64,000 nucleotides of DNA from Squalus acanthias (GCA_030390025.1 CM059425.1:175462001-175526000); one strand, 5' to 3'; shown: positions 24,001 through 39,000, counted from the stretch's first letter. Program-made: numbers and translations. The notes: generated by a model from the letters alone, not told the origin.

Positions 24001-27000
24001 AGCTAACCTTAGCCACCTCAGCAAGTTTGGATTTTATTTTTGTGCTAACCAAGTTGTAGCTTGATCACTAATTTCTTTTTTCACTTATTTCCAGTTAATT
24101 TCTTCACTCTCCTATTGCTGTATCTTTCTGCAATGTTTCTTCTTTGAAACAGTAAGGCTGTATGGTCTGTACTATTGTATCTCCAGGGTACGCCTGCTTT
24201 CTGTTGTCTTGTGCTCCAGACAGCAGCTTCATTAGAAACTATGGGGAAATTTGTTTAGTGAGAGCATTTCAGTTCAATTGACAGTCCAAGCTGGGACTTG
24301 AATTTGTGATCCAGCATTCAATCTGCACAATTACTAAAATGCGTGGATTTTTTTTTGTATGTGAGTGTCTTACTGTTAAAGTATTTCTCGCACTAGAGAA
24401 GGAGTATTTCTCGCACTAGAGAAGGGAATGGGAAATGGTAATAACCAATCATTTCTGCTAGGCTGTATACTGAAGCCTTTTGGTTTATTCTGGTCTATTG
24501 AGATGACTTCTTCTGCAATGAAATGCTTACTGAACAAGCAGTTGGAGGGGGAAGAAAGGGAAAATGGAGACAGGGATAATCATGCATGCTAACTAGAAAA
24601 TGCTGCCCAACAGCTTCACAAAAGCTGACACAGCCCCAGAAAAGCTGACGAGTATAAAATAGCCCTGAATTTAGTCCTCGTGAAGATGAGCTGTGCTGTA
24701 AATGCAGGAGAATATGGGCAGATTAATTAAGCTGCAGGTATAAGCAACATTTTATCACCTATAGTTGGGGGGAAAATCCTACTGCACATAAAAGTGTGAT
24801 TTAGCGCAATGGCGAATTTAGAATTTCCTGAAGGAAATCATGACTGTTGAAGGTGTGAGATTTCTTTTTTTAATGGGATCTGGGACATGCCTCCAGAAAG
24901 GTTTAAGTTTTGACACTTAATTTTTGCCATTTTGGAAGCCCATGTAATTCTGCTTTTAAAGCCAAAAATAATTTCTCCTGGAAGGGTTAGATGTTATAAA
25001 CATGGAAAAAACTTCAATACAAAAGAAATGGGTTAATACTTACGTTAAAATAATGGATAGATAAATGTGTAAACATTTGTCCAATATTACCACCAACAAT
25101 AACTTTTGGTCTATTTTGCTCTTTTGAACTGCTTAACAAGGTCTAATTTCTTCTCCTCGATATAAACATCACACATTGCAATCATTAATAAAGTAAAATG
25201 CAAAGAAATGTGCTTTCCAGGAACAGCCATGAGCTGAATTTTATGCTCTGAACGTCTCCAATCTGGGGGAAGCTGTTGCAGTCTTATTTATTATCAATTT
25301 TTCATATTTTTCCATGCACGTTAACTGTTTTAATATAGGTGTTATGGCCTCTTTTCCCCAGTTACTTCATGGCAACAAAGGGATCTCAACCATTTGTTTA
25401 TAAACTCAAAACAGCTAAATTACAGAACATAACTGGGTACTCACACACAAACAAGCCAACAGTCTGCATCACATATCACAACATTGCACTATTAAAATCC
25501 TAAATATGGACATTTCAGTGAAATTTGTTTAAATTAAGTAAAGATCGTCACTGTTTCTATGATATTCTATTTCCAAACCTAGTGCAGTGGCAGGCATGCT
25601 CAATATTATGTCAGTTAATCCAGAAAACATTCTCCTTACCTCAAAAAAGTGGCTGCAACTAGTCTTGAACAAAATAAGGGTGAGGAAGTGATGTTATCAG
25701 AGGCCCGAAACTAGAAGCAGCTACATAGCCCGGCCGGAAAGTAACGTCATCAGTGGCCCGGAACCGGACGTAGCTACATGGGGTCACTATTCATTCTGAG
25801 AAAATAAACATTCATCAAGACAAAAGCTGGGTATGCTCCAGAAGGTTCCGTTGAGGAAAATTAAAAGATTTTAAAAGCTGCATTTTAGCAGCTTATTTCT
25901 TCAAATAACTTCTTTGGGGACAAATGATAAGTAAAAGCAACTGTAAAAATTATTCTCAGAAACCATTACCTCATCTTAAAACTTTTCTACCTTAAGTTTA
26001 TGCATAACCAATAGTTAGGTGAAAAGTTGGTTGCATTAGTTTTCAGTTCTCTTTCCAGCTGATCTCATGGGTTCTGACAGCCTTCCAACTGATCTAATTG
26101 GTTCAGACTGACTTTCTCCAATTCCAGTGAAATGCTGACACATGGGTTGAAAAGCTGATGGCATGTTTGGATAACAAATGAAAGCTATGGTATGGTTATT
26201 CAAGAACTTAACAGCTCAACAAACTGACTCTACTTCCTTGCAACTCCGATCAGGACTTGTGGTGTCGGACTTGAACATTCCTAATAAGTGCCACTGAAAG
26301 ATAGAGCACTAATATGCAGCACTACTTTGCTTAACCTAGTTGAATTCATCCTACAAATGCATAGGCTATTCACCACGTGAATTAAATGAATTACATTAAG
26401 TGATAAATGTGTGTGTGGGGGGGGTATATGCTATGCTAACTGAAAACAGTAGAAGTTGTGCAGATTAAAAATTGGATATTACCATGCTTTTGTTTTACTA
26501 AGTGTACTATTATTGCTTAAGAATACATACCCATCCTTTCTTCCTTTTTTGTGTGACAGGATGAAGTGCATGAGCGAGATCGGTTTAGTGATTTCTTATT
26601 AACTAAACTGAGGGACCTGATGCAAAAACATCCATCTCTAAGACTTATACTTTCTAGTGCAGCTTTGGATGTTAATCTCTTTGTCAGATACTTTACTGGC
26701 TGTCCTGTAATTTACAGTAAGTAAAAGTTGGTAAACAACATTTAATATTTACCTAGTATCCTGCACTAAAATAAAGTCCCCTTTTGTGTTATTTGCTTTG
26801 CCAAGGCCTCAAGATAATTTGGATGACTATCAATCTTCCTTTTTTTTTTAAAGTCTCATAAGTTCAGTTAACCAATATTTGGTATTACCAGGAGGTTTGT
26901 CTCAGGCAGTGGGGCAGGGCGGGTGGTGTCTGATCGATCACCCGTTGTGCTCGGCGCCTGATATTCAGTTCCATTGTAGTCAGTGGGGCTGAGTGTCGGG

Positions 27001-30000
27001 CGCTGCGTGTGGTGGGCTGCCTGTTTTGTGCCATTGCCCGAGACTAATTTCTAGGCCTAAATTCAGTGAGAATGGCTTTTAGGGAAATCGTAAAAGTATC
27101 TGGGGTGAAGGATTCTACAGAGAAGTGCTCTATTGAGGACTGGATTGAGCTGTTCCAATCAGTGACAGTGAACACTTCCTTTGTTCTTGGCATTGATAGC
27201 CTGCATTAAGTACTGATACTTTGTACTGTTATTCTGTTGCAATCCATATTTGTAATTTTGTTGTATTTCACTGTTGGGAGTATAGCTAATGAACGAAAGC
27301 ATTAGTGTTATCTCTAGTAGTATAACGTAAAGTGTGTTTGAAAAATGTTAGTCTAGTATTTGACAATATTATGCTGTGTTCTGTGCCACCTCTCCCCAAA
27401 AGGGGTGGTGTGCATTATATCCTAACATTCCTTAAGTTTCAGAGAGGGAAGAGTTCCATTGCATGCACTGTGTAGTATGTGAAAAATTACGACGGGAAGT
27501 GTACGTGCTTTTATTTAGCTTGGAAGCTCCATTGAGAGCATGCCCTTGTTTCAAGGCTGTCCTGACAACAGCACTGAATGGTTTAGATGGGTTGAACAAT
27601 TACCTGGGAAGATGCCAAGTATAGGATGTATTGTGGTGAATCCAATGTTACTAATGGTAAGCTGATATTTTGTGCTGTGTATTACTTTCAAAAGGGAATT
27701 TGATAAATATTTGAAAGGGAAACATTTGCAGGGCTACAGGGAAAAAGCAGGGGAGTGGGACTAATTGGATAGCACTTTCAAAGAGCCAGCACAGGCACGA
27801 TGGGCTGAATGGCCTCCTTCTGTGCGATACCATTCAATGATTCTTTGATACTAAGAGTAGACCTGTTTAAAGTAAGATAGTTTGGTAAAATATTAACATT
27901 TGCTACTTCAGGTAAACATGGTCACAAATTTGAGTTATAAGAGGAAATTTAAACTGTTGCTAACATGGTACTAATTGACACTAAATTATCAGTATTACTC
28001 AGACTAGAAGGATGGCTGGTGTGGGAAATAAAAATGTCACAGTGATGCAGTAGGAGATGCTTTTCTACACTGGGTTAAGGTACATTGGACGAAGCAGAGG
28101 GAGCTTCTCTCTACATCCATGTTGTACCTAACTGGGGATGCTTTATGCTGACACTGGTTGCCTAAAATGAAGATATGCTCCCATTTCCCATTGTGAACAA
28201 AAATAATCCATATTGAGGTTTGGTACAGTGTAACTTTGACCTTGGTATATCATGCTGTGTGCACTACTCACATATATCTTATGTATGTATGCAGTGAGCA
28301 TTGTGAGTCAGTGGAACAAAATGTTTTTTGGTATTAATTATGGACATTTGCAGCAATTTTTTTTTTAAAGTCATTCAGAGGATGTGAACATCGTTGGCAA
28401 GGGCAGCATTTATTGCCCATCCCTAATTGCCCTTGAGAAGGTGGTGGTGAGCCGCCGCCTTGAACCACTGCAGTCCGTGTGGTGAAGGTACTCCCACAGT
28501 GCTGTTGCGTAGGGCGTTCTAGGATCTTAACCCAGCGACGATGAAGGAATGCCGATATATTTCCAAGTCAGCATGTTGTGTGACTTGGAGGGGAGCTTGG
28601 AGGTGGCGGTGTTCCCATGCACCTGCTGCCCTTGTCCTTCTAGGTGGTAAGGTAGCGGGTTTAGGAGGTGCTGTCGAAGAAGCCTTGGTGAGTTGCTGCA
28701 GTGCATCTTGTAGATGGTACACACTGCAGCCACGGTACGCCAGTGGTGGAGGGAGTGAATGTTTAAGTTCGTGGATAGTATGCCAATCAAGTGGGCTGCT
28801 TTGTCCTGGATGGTGTCAAGCTTCTTGAGTGTTGTCGGAGCTGTACTTATCCAGGCAAGTGGAGAGTATTCCGTCACACTCCTGACTTCTGCCTTCTGGA
28901 TGGTGGAAAGGCTTTGGGGAGTCAGGCGGTGAGACACCCGCTGCAGAATACCCAGCCTCTGACCTCTTGTAGCCACAATCTTTATGTGGCTGGTCCAGTT
29001 AGGTTTCTGGTCGAGGGTGACCCCCCAGGATGTTGATGCTGGGGGATTTGATGATGGTAATGCCGTTGAATGTCAAGGGGAGGTGTTTAGATTTTCTCTT
29101 GTTGGAGGTGGTCATTGCCTGGCACTTGTGTGGCGCGAATTTTACTTGCCACTTATCAGCCCAAGCCTGAATGTCGTCCAGGTCTTGCTGCATGCGGGCA
29201 TGGACTGCTTCATTATCTGAGGAGTTGTGAATGGAATTAAACACTGTGCAATCATCAGCGAACATCCCCACATCTGACCTTATGATGGAGGGAAGGCCAT
29301 TGATGAAGCAACTGAAGATGGTTGGGCCTAGGACACTGCTTTGAGGAACTCCTGCAGCGATGTCCTGGGGCTGAGATGATTGGTCTCCAACACCCACAAC
29401 CACCTTTGTGCTAGTTATGACTAGCCGGTGGAGAGTTTTCCCCTGATTCCCATTGACTTCAGTTTTACTAGGGCTCTTGATGCCACACTCGGTCAAATGC
29501 TGCCTTGATGTCAAGGCAGTCACTACCACCTCACCTCTGGAATTTAGCACCTCTGTACATGTTTGGACCAAGGCTGTAATGAGGTCTGGAGCCGAGTGGT
29601 CTTGGCGGAACCCAAACTGAGCGTCGGCGAGCAGGTTATTGGGGAGTAAGTGCCTCTTGATTGCACTGTCGACGGCACCTTCCATCATTTTGCTGATGAT
29701 TGCGAGTACACTGATGGGGTGGTAATTGGCCAGATTGGATTTGTCCTGCATTTTGTGGACAGGACACACCTGGAAAATTTTCCACATTGTTGGGTAGATG
29801 CCAGTGTTGTAGCTGTACTGGAACAGCTTGGCTAGTTCTGGAGCAGAAGTCTTCACTACAGCTGGGAAGTTGTCGGGGCCCATAGCCTTTGCTGTATCCA
29901 GTGCGTTCAGCCGTTTCTTGATATCATGTGAAGTGAATCGAATTGGCTGAAGACTGGCTTCTGTGATGGTGGGGACCTCGAGGAGTCTGAGATGGATCAT

Positions 30001-33000
30001 CCACTCGGCACTTCTGGCTGAAGATGGTTGCAAACGCTTCATAACTGGATGTGGCAGGACTGCAGAGGTTTAATCTGATCCATTGGTTGCAGGATTGCTT
30101 AGCTCTGTCTATAGCATGCTGCTTCTGCTGTTTAACATGTAGTCCTGTGTTACAGCTTCCCCAGGTTGGCACCACATTTTAAGGTACGCATGGTGCTGCT
30201 CCTAGCATGCTCTTGTACACCCCTCATTGAACCAGGGTTGGTCCCTGGTTTGATGGTAATGGTAGAGTGAGGAATATGCTGGGCCATGAGGTTACAGATT
30301 GTGGTGGAATACAATTCTGCTGCTGCTGATGGCCCACAGCGCCTCATGGATGCCCAGTTTTGAGCTGCTAGATCTGTTCTGAATCTATCCCATTTAGCAC
30401 GGTGGTAGTGCCACACAACACGACGGAGGGTGTCCTCAGCGTGAAGACGGGATTTCATCTCCACAAGGACTGCGGTGGTCACTGCTACTAATACTGTCAT
30501 GGACCGATGCATCTGCGACAGGTAGATTGGTGAGGATGAGGTCAAGTAGGTTATTACCTCATGTTGGTTATCTCACCACCTGCCGCATGCCCAGTCTGGC
30601 AGCTATGTCCTTCAGGACCTGGCAGTTCGGTCAGTATTGGTGCTACCGAGCCACTCTTGTGCCTAGGTGGATGTTTTCTGAGCGGTTAGTGTTTAAATAA
30701 AGAGGATGAAAGAATTTTGTTAAACTAGGCAAAGATTTGTTTCATTTTGAGAATTGTAATTTTAGGTAGACTCATTACTAAATAAAGGTTACCAAGTAGG
30801 GAAGTGGATTATGTGTATATTTGTCACTCTCTGTTTAAGACAGAAGACATCAGGGAAAATTGGAGCTTAATGTACTCGGGGATGGTCACTTCTTTGGCTA
30901 ACATGTGGATGGCTCCTCTTGAAGCCAGTTGCAAGACAGGAACCAAAAGGAGTATGTTTCCTTTCACTTTGGCTTCATGGATACTATAGGGAAAAAAGTT
31001 TATTTCCATGACTGATCAGGGTGATGTGCTCTGGTGGGTGTTATAAGTTGGCCCTAAGATGCAAGTTACTAGACTCCTGCTGCCATTCTTTTTACACTAT
31101 GTTGGTTTGGCTAGATTCTTCCCTGAACAGAGTCATCGTCCCATAGGGTAAAATCAACTGGGATGCTCTTTCTTTAAAAAAAAAGACTTACATTTATATG
31201 ACCCCTTTCACATCCTCAGGACATCCCAAAGCGCTTTACAACCAATGAAGTACTTTTTGAAGTCTAGTCACCGTTCTATTGTAGGAAACTCAGCAGCCAA
31301 GTTGCGTACAGCAAGCTCCCACAAACAGCAATGTGATAATGACCAAATAATCTTCACTTTTAGTGTTGTTTAAGCAGGTTAGTCGGAGGTTACTTGAGTC
31401 TTTGGAGCAAGTCACCTGCTCTGTTAGTGAGCGAATAGTGAATTGCATAAAAGGGACTTAGAGAGGTGACAATAATTTTGAAAATGTGTGATAGAACTGA
31501 CAAACCTTTGTCAAACTCTTGGTATACAATTTAAAATTTTATATATATATATCAAGTGTACAACAAGGCAGATTCAACTATGGATTTTAATCTTTGGTGC
31601 CTTTCTTTCAAGTTCAAGGGAGACCATTTGAAGTAAAGGAACTATTTTTGGAGGACATTTTGCGTACTACTGGGTATACAAATAAAGAAATGTTGAAATA
31701 TAAAAAAGAGAAACAGCGAGGTAAGCTCAAATACATATACATCACCTTCCCTACCTGACTCCTTGATTCCAATGAAATGAAATTTTATTGAGCCACCAGG
31801 CTTGAGCATTGGTCCAGTTTTTGTAAGATTTTAACCTAACGATAGTATATTGTAATGTGTTCCAGTAATACCCTGTGTTAAAATTAAACATACTTGGAAT
31901 AATTCATTGTATTAAATGCTGAGAATAATTATATTTTATCTTCTCAGAGGAAAAGCAACAAACAAATTTAAGTGAATGGTATAAAGCTAAGGAGACCAGC
32001 AGTGCCAGCCGATCAGAGTATCAAAGACAAAGATTTATCCCAAGCCTGACAGCAGAAAACGATTTGCTTGATGATGGTGGAGACAGTGTATTCAGTCAAT
32101 TGGTAATTTGGCTAATTTCTAAATGAGTGTCTTACGACATTTCCAATTTCTATGGATTCTTAGTCATCCAGCAATGGATGTGCTGCAGTAGTGGGTGACC
32201 AGAAAATGTCCTTTCTTCCCAAGATGCCATGGTTAAAACCAAACATCCTGTGCGATGAAGCTTGAGTGCAAATGTCAATAGAGATTGTGATTCGCTCAGG
32301 CCTTCTAGTTAAGCGTCTGTTGCTGTTGCATTGTAACCTTTGGTCAATTCCATTTTGACCATTTTAATCAAAATGGAATGAATAAGCAAAACATATACAA
32401 AAAGAAGAATGAAATGGCCATAAAACCCATCCTACCAGACACAGTGCAACCACGTACACCATTGACCCACCATGAATCTCCTGGGAGAAGCAAGAGAAAA
32501 GGGGGAACAAATTCTATGGCCAATTCAGGAAAAAATCTGGAAAATTCCTTGCTGACTCCGAGACGTCAAACAAGGCCCTATGAGACTGAATTAGCCCTTA
32601 ACTACTCCTAGTCCCAGCCAACTAGCAGTTTACCCTCAATAACTGGAAATTGCCCTCTTTTCTGAGGGAACTAAAGAACTGAAAAATAGTGCTGAGGCAA
32701 ATAGCAAATGTTACAGTAACAAAACTACTCGTCAGAAATATCTTTAGTACTATATATCCCAAACTATAAAAAGATAATTTTGATTAAAATTAGAAATTAT
32801 TTTCTTTGATTTTTGCTGGTATTGGTCCTCTTCTAATTTCTGCTTTCCCATTCTCTTTTTGCCCTATTTATTTTTTACCCAATTTTTCTTTTCTGCACCT
32901 AAAATTTACATTAAAATTTCTTCTGATTGGCTAAAAACAAGCTCAAATATCTGTAGCAACAATTTAATTGCTACAACTGAAGATGAAGGGATTTTGGTTT

Positions 33001-36000
33001 TCTCCTAATCTTCAAACACTCTGGTGTACATGTTGCATTTTCTGGTAACACCGACATTGGTACAGCTGTATCTAGATGAAAACTGAAGCTGTGTTAGCGA
33101 TTATTGCATAATAAGTTGGCTTACTTTTTAATAGGTTCCCTCCAAAAATTGCTGGGCTCAGCTTTCTTATAACATTCACAGATAACTATCAAATTGTGAT
33201 GCTTGAAGATTAATGCTCAACCTATGTTGAACTGTTTCACAAGAGATGGAATCATTGAAATTATATTTTGTGTTGCAATGTGTCTGGGCAAAATCAAACT
33301 TTAATAATTATGTAGCAGTGGCTTTTTGGACTCATTAACCTTTTCTGGCCCATGAAAATTTCAAAATTTCAAATTTTCTTGTTGTTTATTTCAATGTATG
33401 ATACCTTTAAATTTTCTGTGCGGCCGCCCACGCAGTATCTTAGAGAGAACATTGCTTGTAATAATTCATATTGCACACCTATGACATACTGATGATGCTG
33501 TTCATACTTGCTAACAAAATGGCTTTCTGAAAGGATAAAGATTGCCTATTTGAATTACTGCCCTAGGTGTACAGTTGTACTTCTAGTAACCATAGTGTCA
33601 ATTTTCTCCCCTTTTCTTTACTTCACAGAACGAAAAAGATTTTAGTTCTCTTGAGCCTTGGCTTATAAAAGAAATGGATGCATGTCTCTCAGACATCTGG
33701 CTTCACAAAGATATTGATGCTTTTGCCCAGCTCTTTCATCTTATTTTAAGTGAAAACGTCAGTGGTGAGTTTTCTCTTTAGGGTAAGTTTTCTGAGTATA
33801 TGCCAGCAGCAAGCTACCTTGCCAGCCTCCAGTGCACATTAAATCCCTTTATCATTTTAAACACCGCAATTAGATCTTATAAACTCAAGGGAATACAACT
33901 AAGTTTATGCAACCTGTCCTCATAATTAAACCCTATAAGGCGCATCATTCTGCTGAATCTGTGCAGTACCTCTTCCAAGGCCAATACGTCCTGAGGTTCG
34001 GTGCCCAAAACTGGAAAAGTCATGATATTGTGAAATATGTAATTTTTTTAATGTTACAAACCTTAATTTTGTCCATCATAAATTTCAGTTACTGAGGGAA
34101 ATATAGCAAGCAAAACTTTTTTCAAAAGCATTTTGACTCATTCGATTGAAGGTAGACCAATTTTCTTTAATGGGTAGGTTTTCCTGACTGCTGCTCTTTC
34201 AGGATTGATTGTTATCATAAGTTCTTAGCAGTTTATCACTGGTAGTTTTCTAGCCACTTTCTTCACTTCTATTCAAATATGACCTACATCTTCAGTTTTA
34301 ATTTGCTGCTGCTCATTTTGATCCAATTGAAGTGTGATAGAAAATGTATGATAGTGATAAGGAGATGTTAACAGAAAGTAAGTGTGATACTTAAAGGAAG
34401 TGCGTGCATATACAAGAATTTTAATAATATGGATGGATAGAGATGTATATAGATATAGCTTTCATAGCTGTGTATAATGTGCCCTGGAGTGTGTTTTGCT
34501 CTAGGGAAATTAAGTTCTTTCTATCATCTGTAATTATACTTTGATCTAATAATTGCTTGCACAAGTGTTTCTTGGCTTTAAGTACACTTAGCTACTGTCT
34601 GTGAAGGCTTAAAATCTGTAGTAGGAATTGCTGCACTGTATTGTTAACTTCTACAATCACTGCTTAGTGCCGTGGTCTGTAAAAACTCAACACATTTGGT
34701 GAGGAATTTAACATTTGCATAGCACCAATTGCTGCAGCTACGACAAGAGTCTCAGATTCCAAACTATAATCCAGTTAGACCTTAGATTAATGCAAATGAA
34801 ATTCTTTTATATCTAAAAGCCTACTGTTCCATAATTCCTATTACCTGATATTTCTGTAAGTTATTCTATTATTTTTCTTACCTCTTGAATCTCACTGTGC
34901 TATGCATCATCTGTGGCTGAGAAAATAGACTGGAGATCTGCTCCTTTCCTTCTGCCATTGCTCCTCTGTACTTGAGGGTGGCCAGAGGTTACTGAAGCTC
35001 AGATTTTGTCGCCTTGTGGGCAAGTGCCTTTTTCCCCATTGCATCAGCTTTCCATTATGGTATGGATTTAATTTTTTTAAAATAAGGTGTTGATAAATAA
35101 GCAGAGGATGCCAGTAGTAGACACATCTCTGCAGTAACCTCTTGTATGCTTAAAACATTTTCTTGAAGCACAAAGACAAATTTCATAGCTGGTATTTGGG
35201 TGGTTTATGCTATAATTCTATTATATATCAATCTCTATCCAAATGAGTGTTGCTATTTTCAGTTGACTACAGGCACAGTGAAACCAGTGCTACTCCATTA
35301 ATGATAGCTGCAGGCCGGGGCTTCCTCAGTCAAGTGGAACAGCTACTCAGCATGGGAGCAAATGTCAATGTTAAGGCTTCAAATGGCTGGTAAGGCAATT
35401 GGCTTCTTTCTTTACATATGCCTCTATGATGATTACCTTTTGATTAAAAATTAGCCAAACATAGTCTCTATTAATAGATTGATTTAAGATTGTTCCTAAA
35501 CTGGAGATGATCTGAATATGGATTCTGTTTGCACGCTACTTTTCCAGACTAGTGGAGATGATTATACTGTACTTAGTATTTTAATAAACTGAAAGCTGTT
35601 AGTTTAGCAGAGAACAAATACTTCCAGTCATAATCAGAAGATTGCAAAGTTGGGTCTCGGGGCACCCAGACAAATCTGCTAGCCTAATATGACAGGTTTC
35701 ATCAGTTGTCAGCTGGTGTACTGCTGAGAAACTTTCTGCTTTTCATGAAATTCTTAGTTTATTGTTAGAATTGTTTAGAAAGTAAGATATTTTCTGGAAT
35801 ATTTTCGAATAAAATGTTAGATTTTGTGTTCATGGATTCTAGTGAGACTAAATCTTATGAGGATGTGCACGTTGCATAAACTCCTGCAAATTATGTACCT
35901 CTAAGTGCTGAGTATGACATTTGTTGCCCTGATTTAGTTCCTGTTCAGCGAGATAAGGTTAGAGTGCTTTTTTTTTTGGTCATTTAAAAAAAAATAATTT

Positions 36001-39000
36001 GTGCCAGTAAATAGGCTGTTTTTGTATTTAACTACAAAAAAGGAAATGTATGAATCAACAAGAACTTGTATTTATATATACCTTTAGCGTAGTAAAATGT
36101 CCCAAGGTGCTTCACAGGAGCGTTAGCAAACAAAATTGGACACTGAGCCACATGAGATATTAGGTCATATGTCAAAAGCTTCATCAAAGAGCGTCTTAAA
36201 GGAGGAGAGAGAGGCGGAGAGGTTTTAGGGAGGGAATTCCAGGGTTTAGGGCCTAAGGCAGCTGAAAGCATGGCCGCCAATGGTGGAGCGATTAAAATAG
36301 GGGATGCACAGAGGCCAGAATTGGAGTAGTGCAGAGATCTTGGAGGAGGTTACAGAGATGGGGAGGGGCAAGGCTATGGAGGGATTTGAAAACAAGGATG
36401 AGAATTGTAAAATTAAGGCGTTGCCAGACTGGGAGCCAATGTAGGACTGTGAGCACAGGGGTGATGGGTGAACGGGACTTGGTGCGAGTTAGGATATGGG
36501 CAGCAGAGTTTTGGATGAGCTCAAGTTTATGGAACAATACGGAAGATGCTATTGTGAGACTGCCTTTGCTAAAACTGGTGTCAGCATTGTTTTTAAACCT
36601 GTATACAAATATAGCTAGTTCCTTTATCAATGGAACAAGTTCCTTCAATAATTTGAAGGTGTGATACAATAGCAATAACAGTGTGCTGTACAGAGAAATT
36701 GAATGTAGTCTACACTGCTGTTAGTTTGTCTGGCTGTCCTCCATTCATAGGAACGGAAGTAGGCTCTTCAGCCCCTTGAGCCTGTTCTGCCATTCAGTTA
36801 GATCATGGCTGATCTGTATCTTAACTCATCTTACCTGACTTGGTTCTGTAACACTTAATACCCTTGACTAACAAAAATCTATCAATCTCAGTTTTGAAAT
36901 TTTCAATTGACCGAGCCTCAACAGCTTTTTGAGGGAGAGAGTTCCAGATTTCCACTATCCTTTGTGTGAGGAAGTGCTTTCTGACATCACCCCTGAACGG
37001 CCTAGCTCTAATTTTAAGGTTATGTCCCCTTGTTTTGGACTCCACCACCAGAGGAAATAGTTTCTCTCTCTACCCTATCAACTCCTTTGATAGTGAACAC
37101 GTTGACATGGAAGTGCCTCCATTAATTTCTTAAGAATCGACACACATGCGGTGATCACACTTCCCGCAGGAAAGGGCACGTGCTAAAAATGCATCCGTTT
37201 TAGTTCTTATTAAAAAGTTGGTCAACAGTCCATTTATATCTCTAACTTTAAAATGTTAGTTTACAACTGTACTCCCTAAAACAATGTTGCAGCTATAGAT
37301 TACTAATCACAAGAATTTTGTAGTAAACCCTACTTAAAAGAAACTTGTCTTGCCAAAACAATCAAGAATAAGTTAAATGGCTTTTAATTGGTCTGAATAC
37401 AGGTCCAACATAGTTTGGACTTTGGTTGCTCTCTCTATATTGGTGAATATGACATGCTAATGGTTATGTATTTCAGCATATGTTGCACTGAGAATACATC
37501 TAGAAATTTTCCTTTTAAATGTTTTAATCATCTCAGGGAGGTTGGGGTGGAAGGGGTGGGGGTGCACCTTGGAGTTGGCTCTATAGTGTACTACCCATAT
37601 TACAGAAATAAATTAAGTTTTTTCAATATTTCCAGGATAGCTTTGGACTGGGCTAAACGGTTTGGTCAAACTGAGATTATAGATCTTCTAGAATCTTTCA
37701 AGTAAGTACAGGAATTGTAATTAGCTGTATTTGCCACATCATTCTGAATACAGAATCTATTAATCACATATTATTAAAAGTAGGGAAAAACCTATTTAAA
37801 GAAAAAGTGTTGCATTAAAGTTACCTTTTTTGCAGTCTTCGCGAATGTGTGCATGCATCAAGGTGATGAATGATGATAGTGCTGGGAATGGAACTCTTCC
37901 ATTTTAGGCACTGAGGGGGGAAATTGGATAACGCTGATAGATGGGTGCGGGCACCGCGATGCACGATCTACCCGTGCACGTTGAAAGGAGCGCATCAAAT
38001 TCGTGCTGCCTGCAACTTTACATGATTGTAGCGCACTGACAGGCTGTGGGCTCAGCAGGGGGGCCGAAGTTCTCGATGTTTGCCTCTTAAAGGCAATCTG
38101 TACCTCTTAAAGGTGAGCTGCCTTCTGGTGATGCAAAATGTTAAAAGTGCTTCAGCACAAACCCAAATGGCTCAACAGATCAGGGAAAGGGCACCCAAGG
38201 TCCCAGACATTGCACTCGAGGCTTTTGTGCAGGGGGTCAACACTGGAAGGGAGGTCCTCTACCCACAGGAGGCCCTCCAGAAAGAAGGATGTGGAACAAA
38301 ATCACCGAGGCCGTCACTGCCAGCAGTGTCACCCCCAGGACTTGGCTCCAGTGCCCAAAGAAATTTCATGACCTCAGACCAACTGCACCACTAGCCTCAC
38401 ACACTGCTCAATGCACGACCCCCCCCCCCCCCACCCCAATCACTGACCTACCCCAACAATCTCTACCAAACACGAGGCAAGTCTCACATTCCTAGCTACA
38501 TCTCACCCCCAGCGGCGGGGCTGAAAGAATACAAGATGCCGATATCCTCATACGTTATCATCCAATTTGCATCCCAATTCCCCTTCATCCCATAATCTCT
38601 TCTGATTTACAAGCTGCACATGGTGTCAGCATACACCTCTTGCTTTACCCCTCTCCCTCATCACAACCCTACCCTTGTGCCTTCCTCATTTCAGACACCC
38701 AAGAAATCCAGCCTGCCCAGCCAGTGGTTGACCAAGAAGAGGGAGAGGAGAGTGAAGAAGAAACACTGTCACTCGATTTGACACTCCCAGCCACCAGCTC
38801 CTTGAGGTTGTACTGCATGGCCATTTGTAGTCTCCCCCACTGAAAGTCAGCAGTCTTCCACCAGTCATGCTGCAGCCACTGGGGTAGCACTGTGTAACAT
38901 CACTAAGATAGGCAAAGGCACACGCAAGACAGTCACTAAGGGAATGCACAAGAGTGATTAGTTGATTTTTTGATGTAATATTGGATGTATATATGGATAA

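Noticed and set aside
24380..24425. CRISPR-like repeat
   Set aside because: Only two adjacent copies without a spacer, in eukaryotic DNA.
26650..26668. SAA instead of SAT in helicase motif III as a novelty
   Set aside because: SSAALD is, as recalled, the normal YTHDC2 sequence.
28999..30042. 347-aa ORF (and 62203-63423, 46833-47732) as host or novel RT genes
   Set aside because: They are LINE ORF2 pieces with adjacent frameshifts or 5' truncation and LINE tails.
33130..33454. Second hAT MITE ending AGAGAACATTG
   Set aside because: The right end resembles 57694-57704, but the left TIR and TSD could not be fixed.
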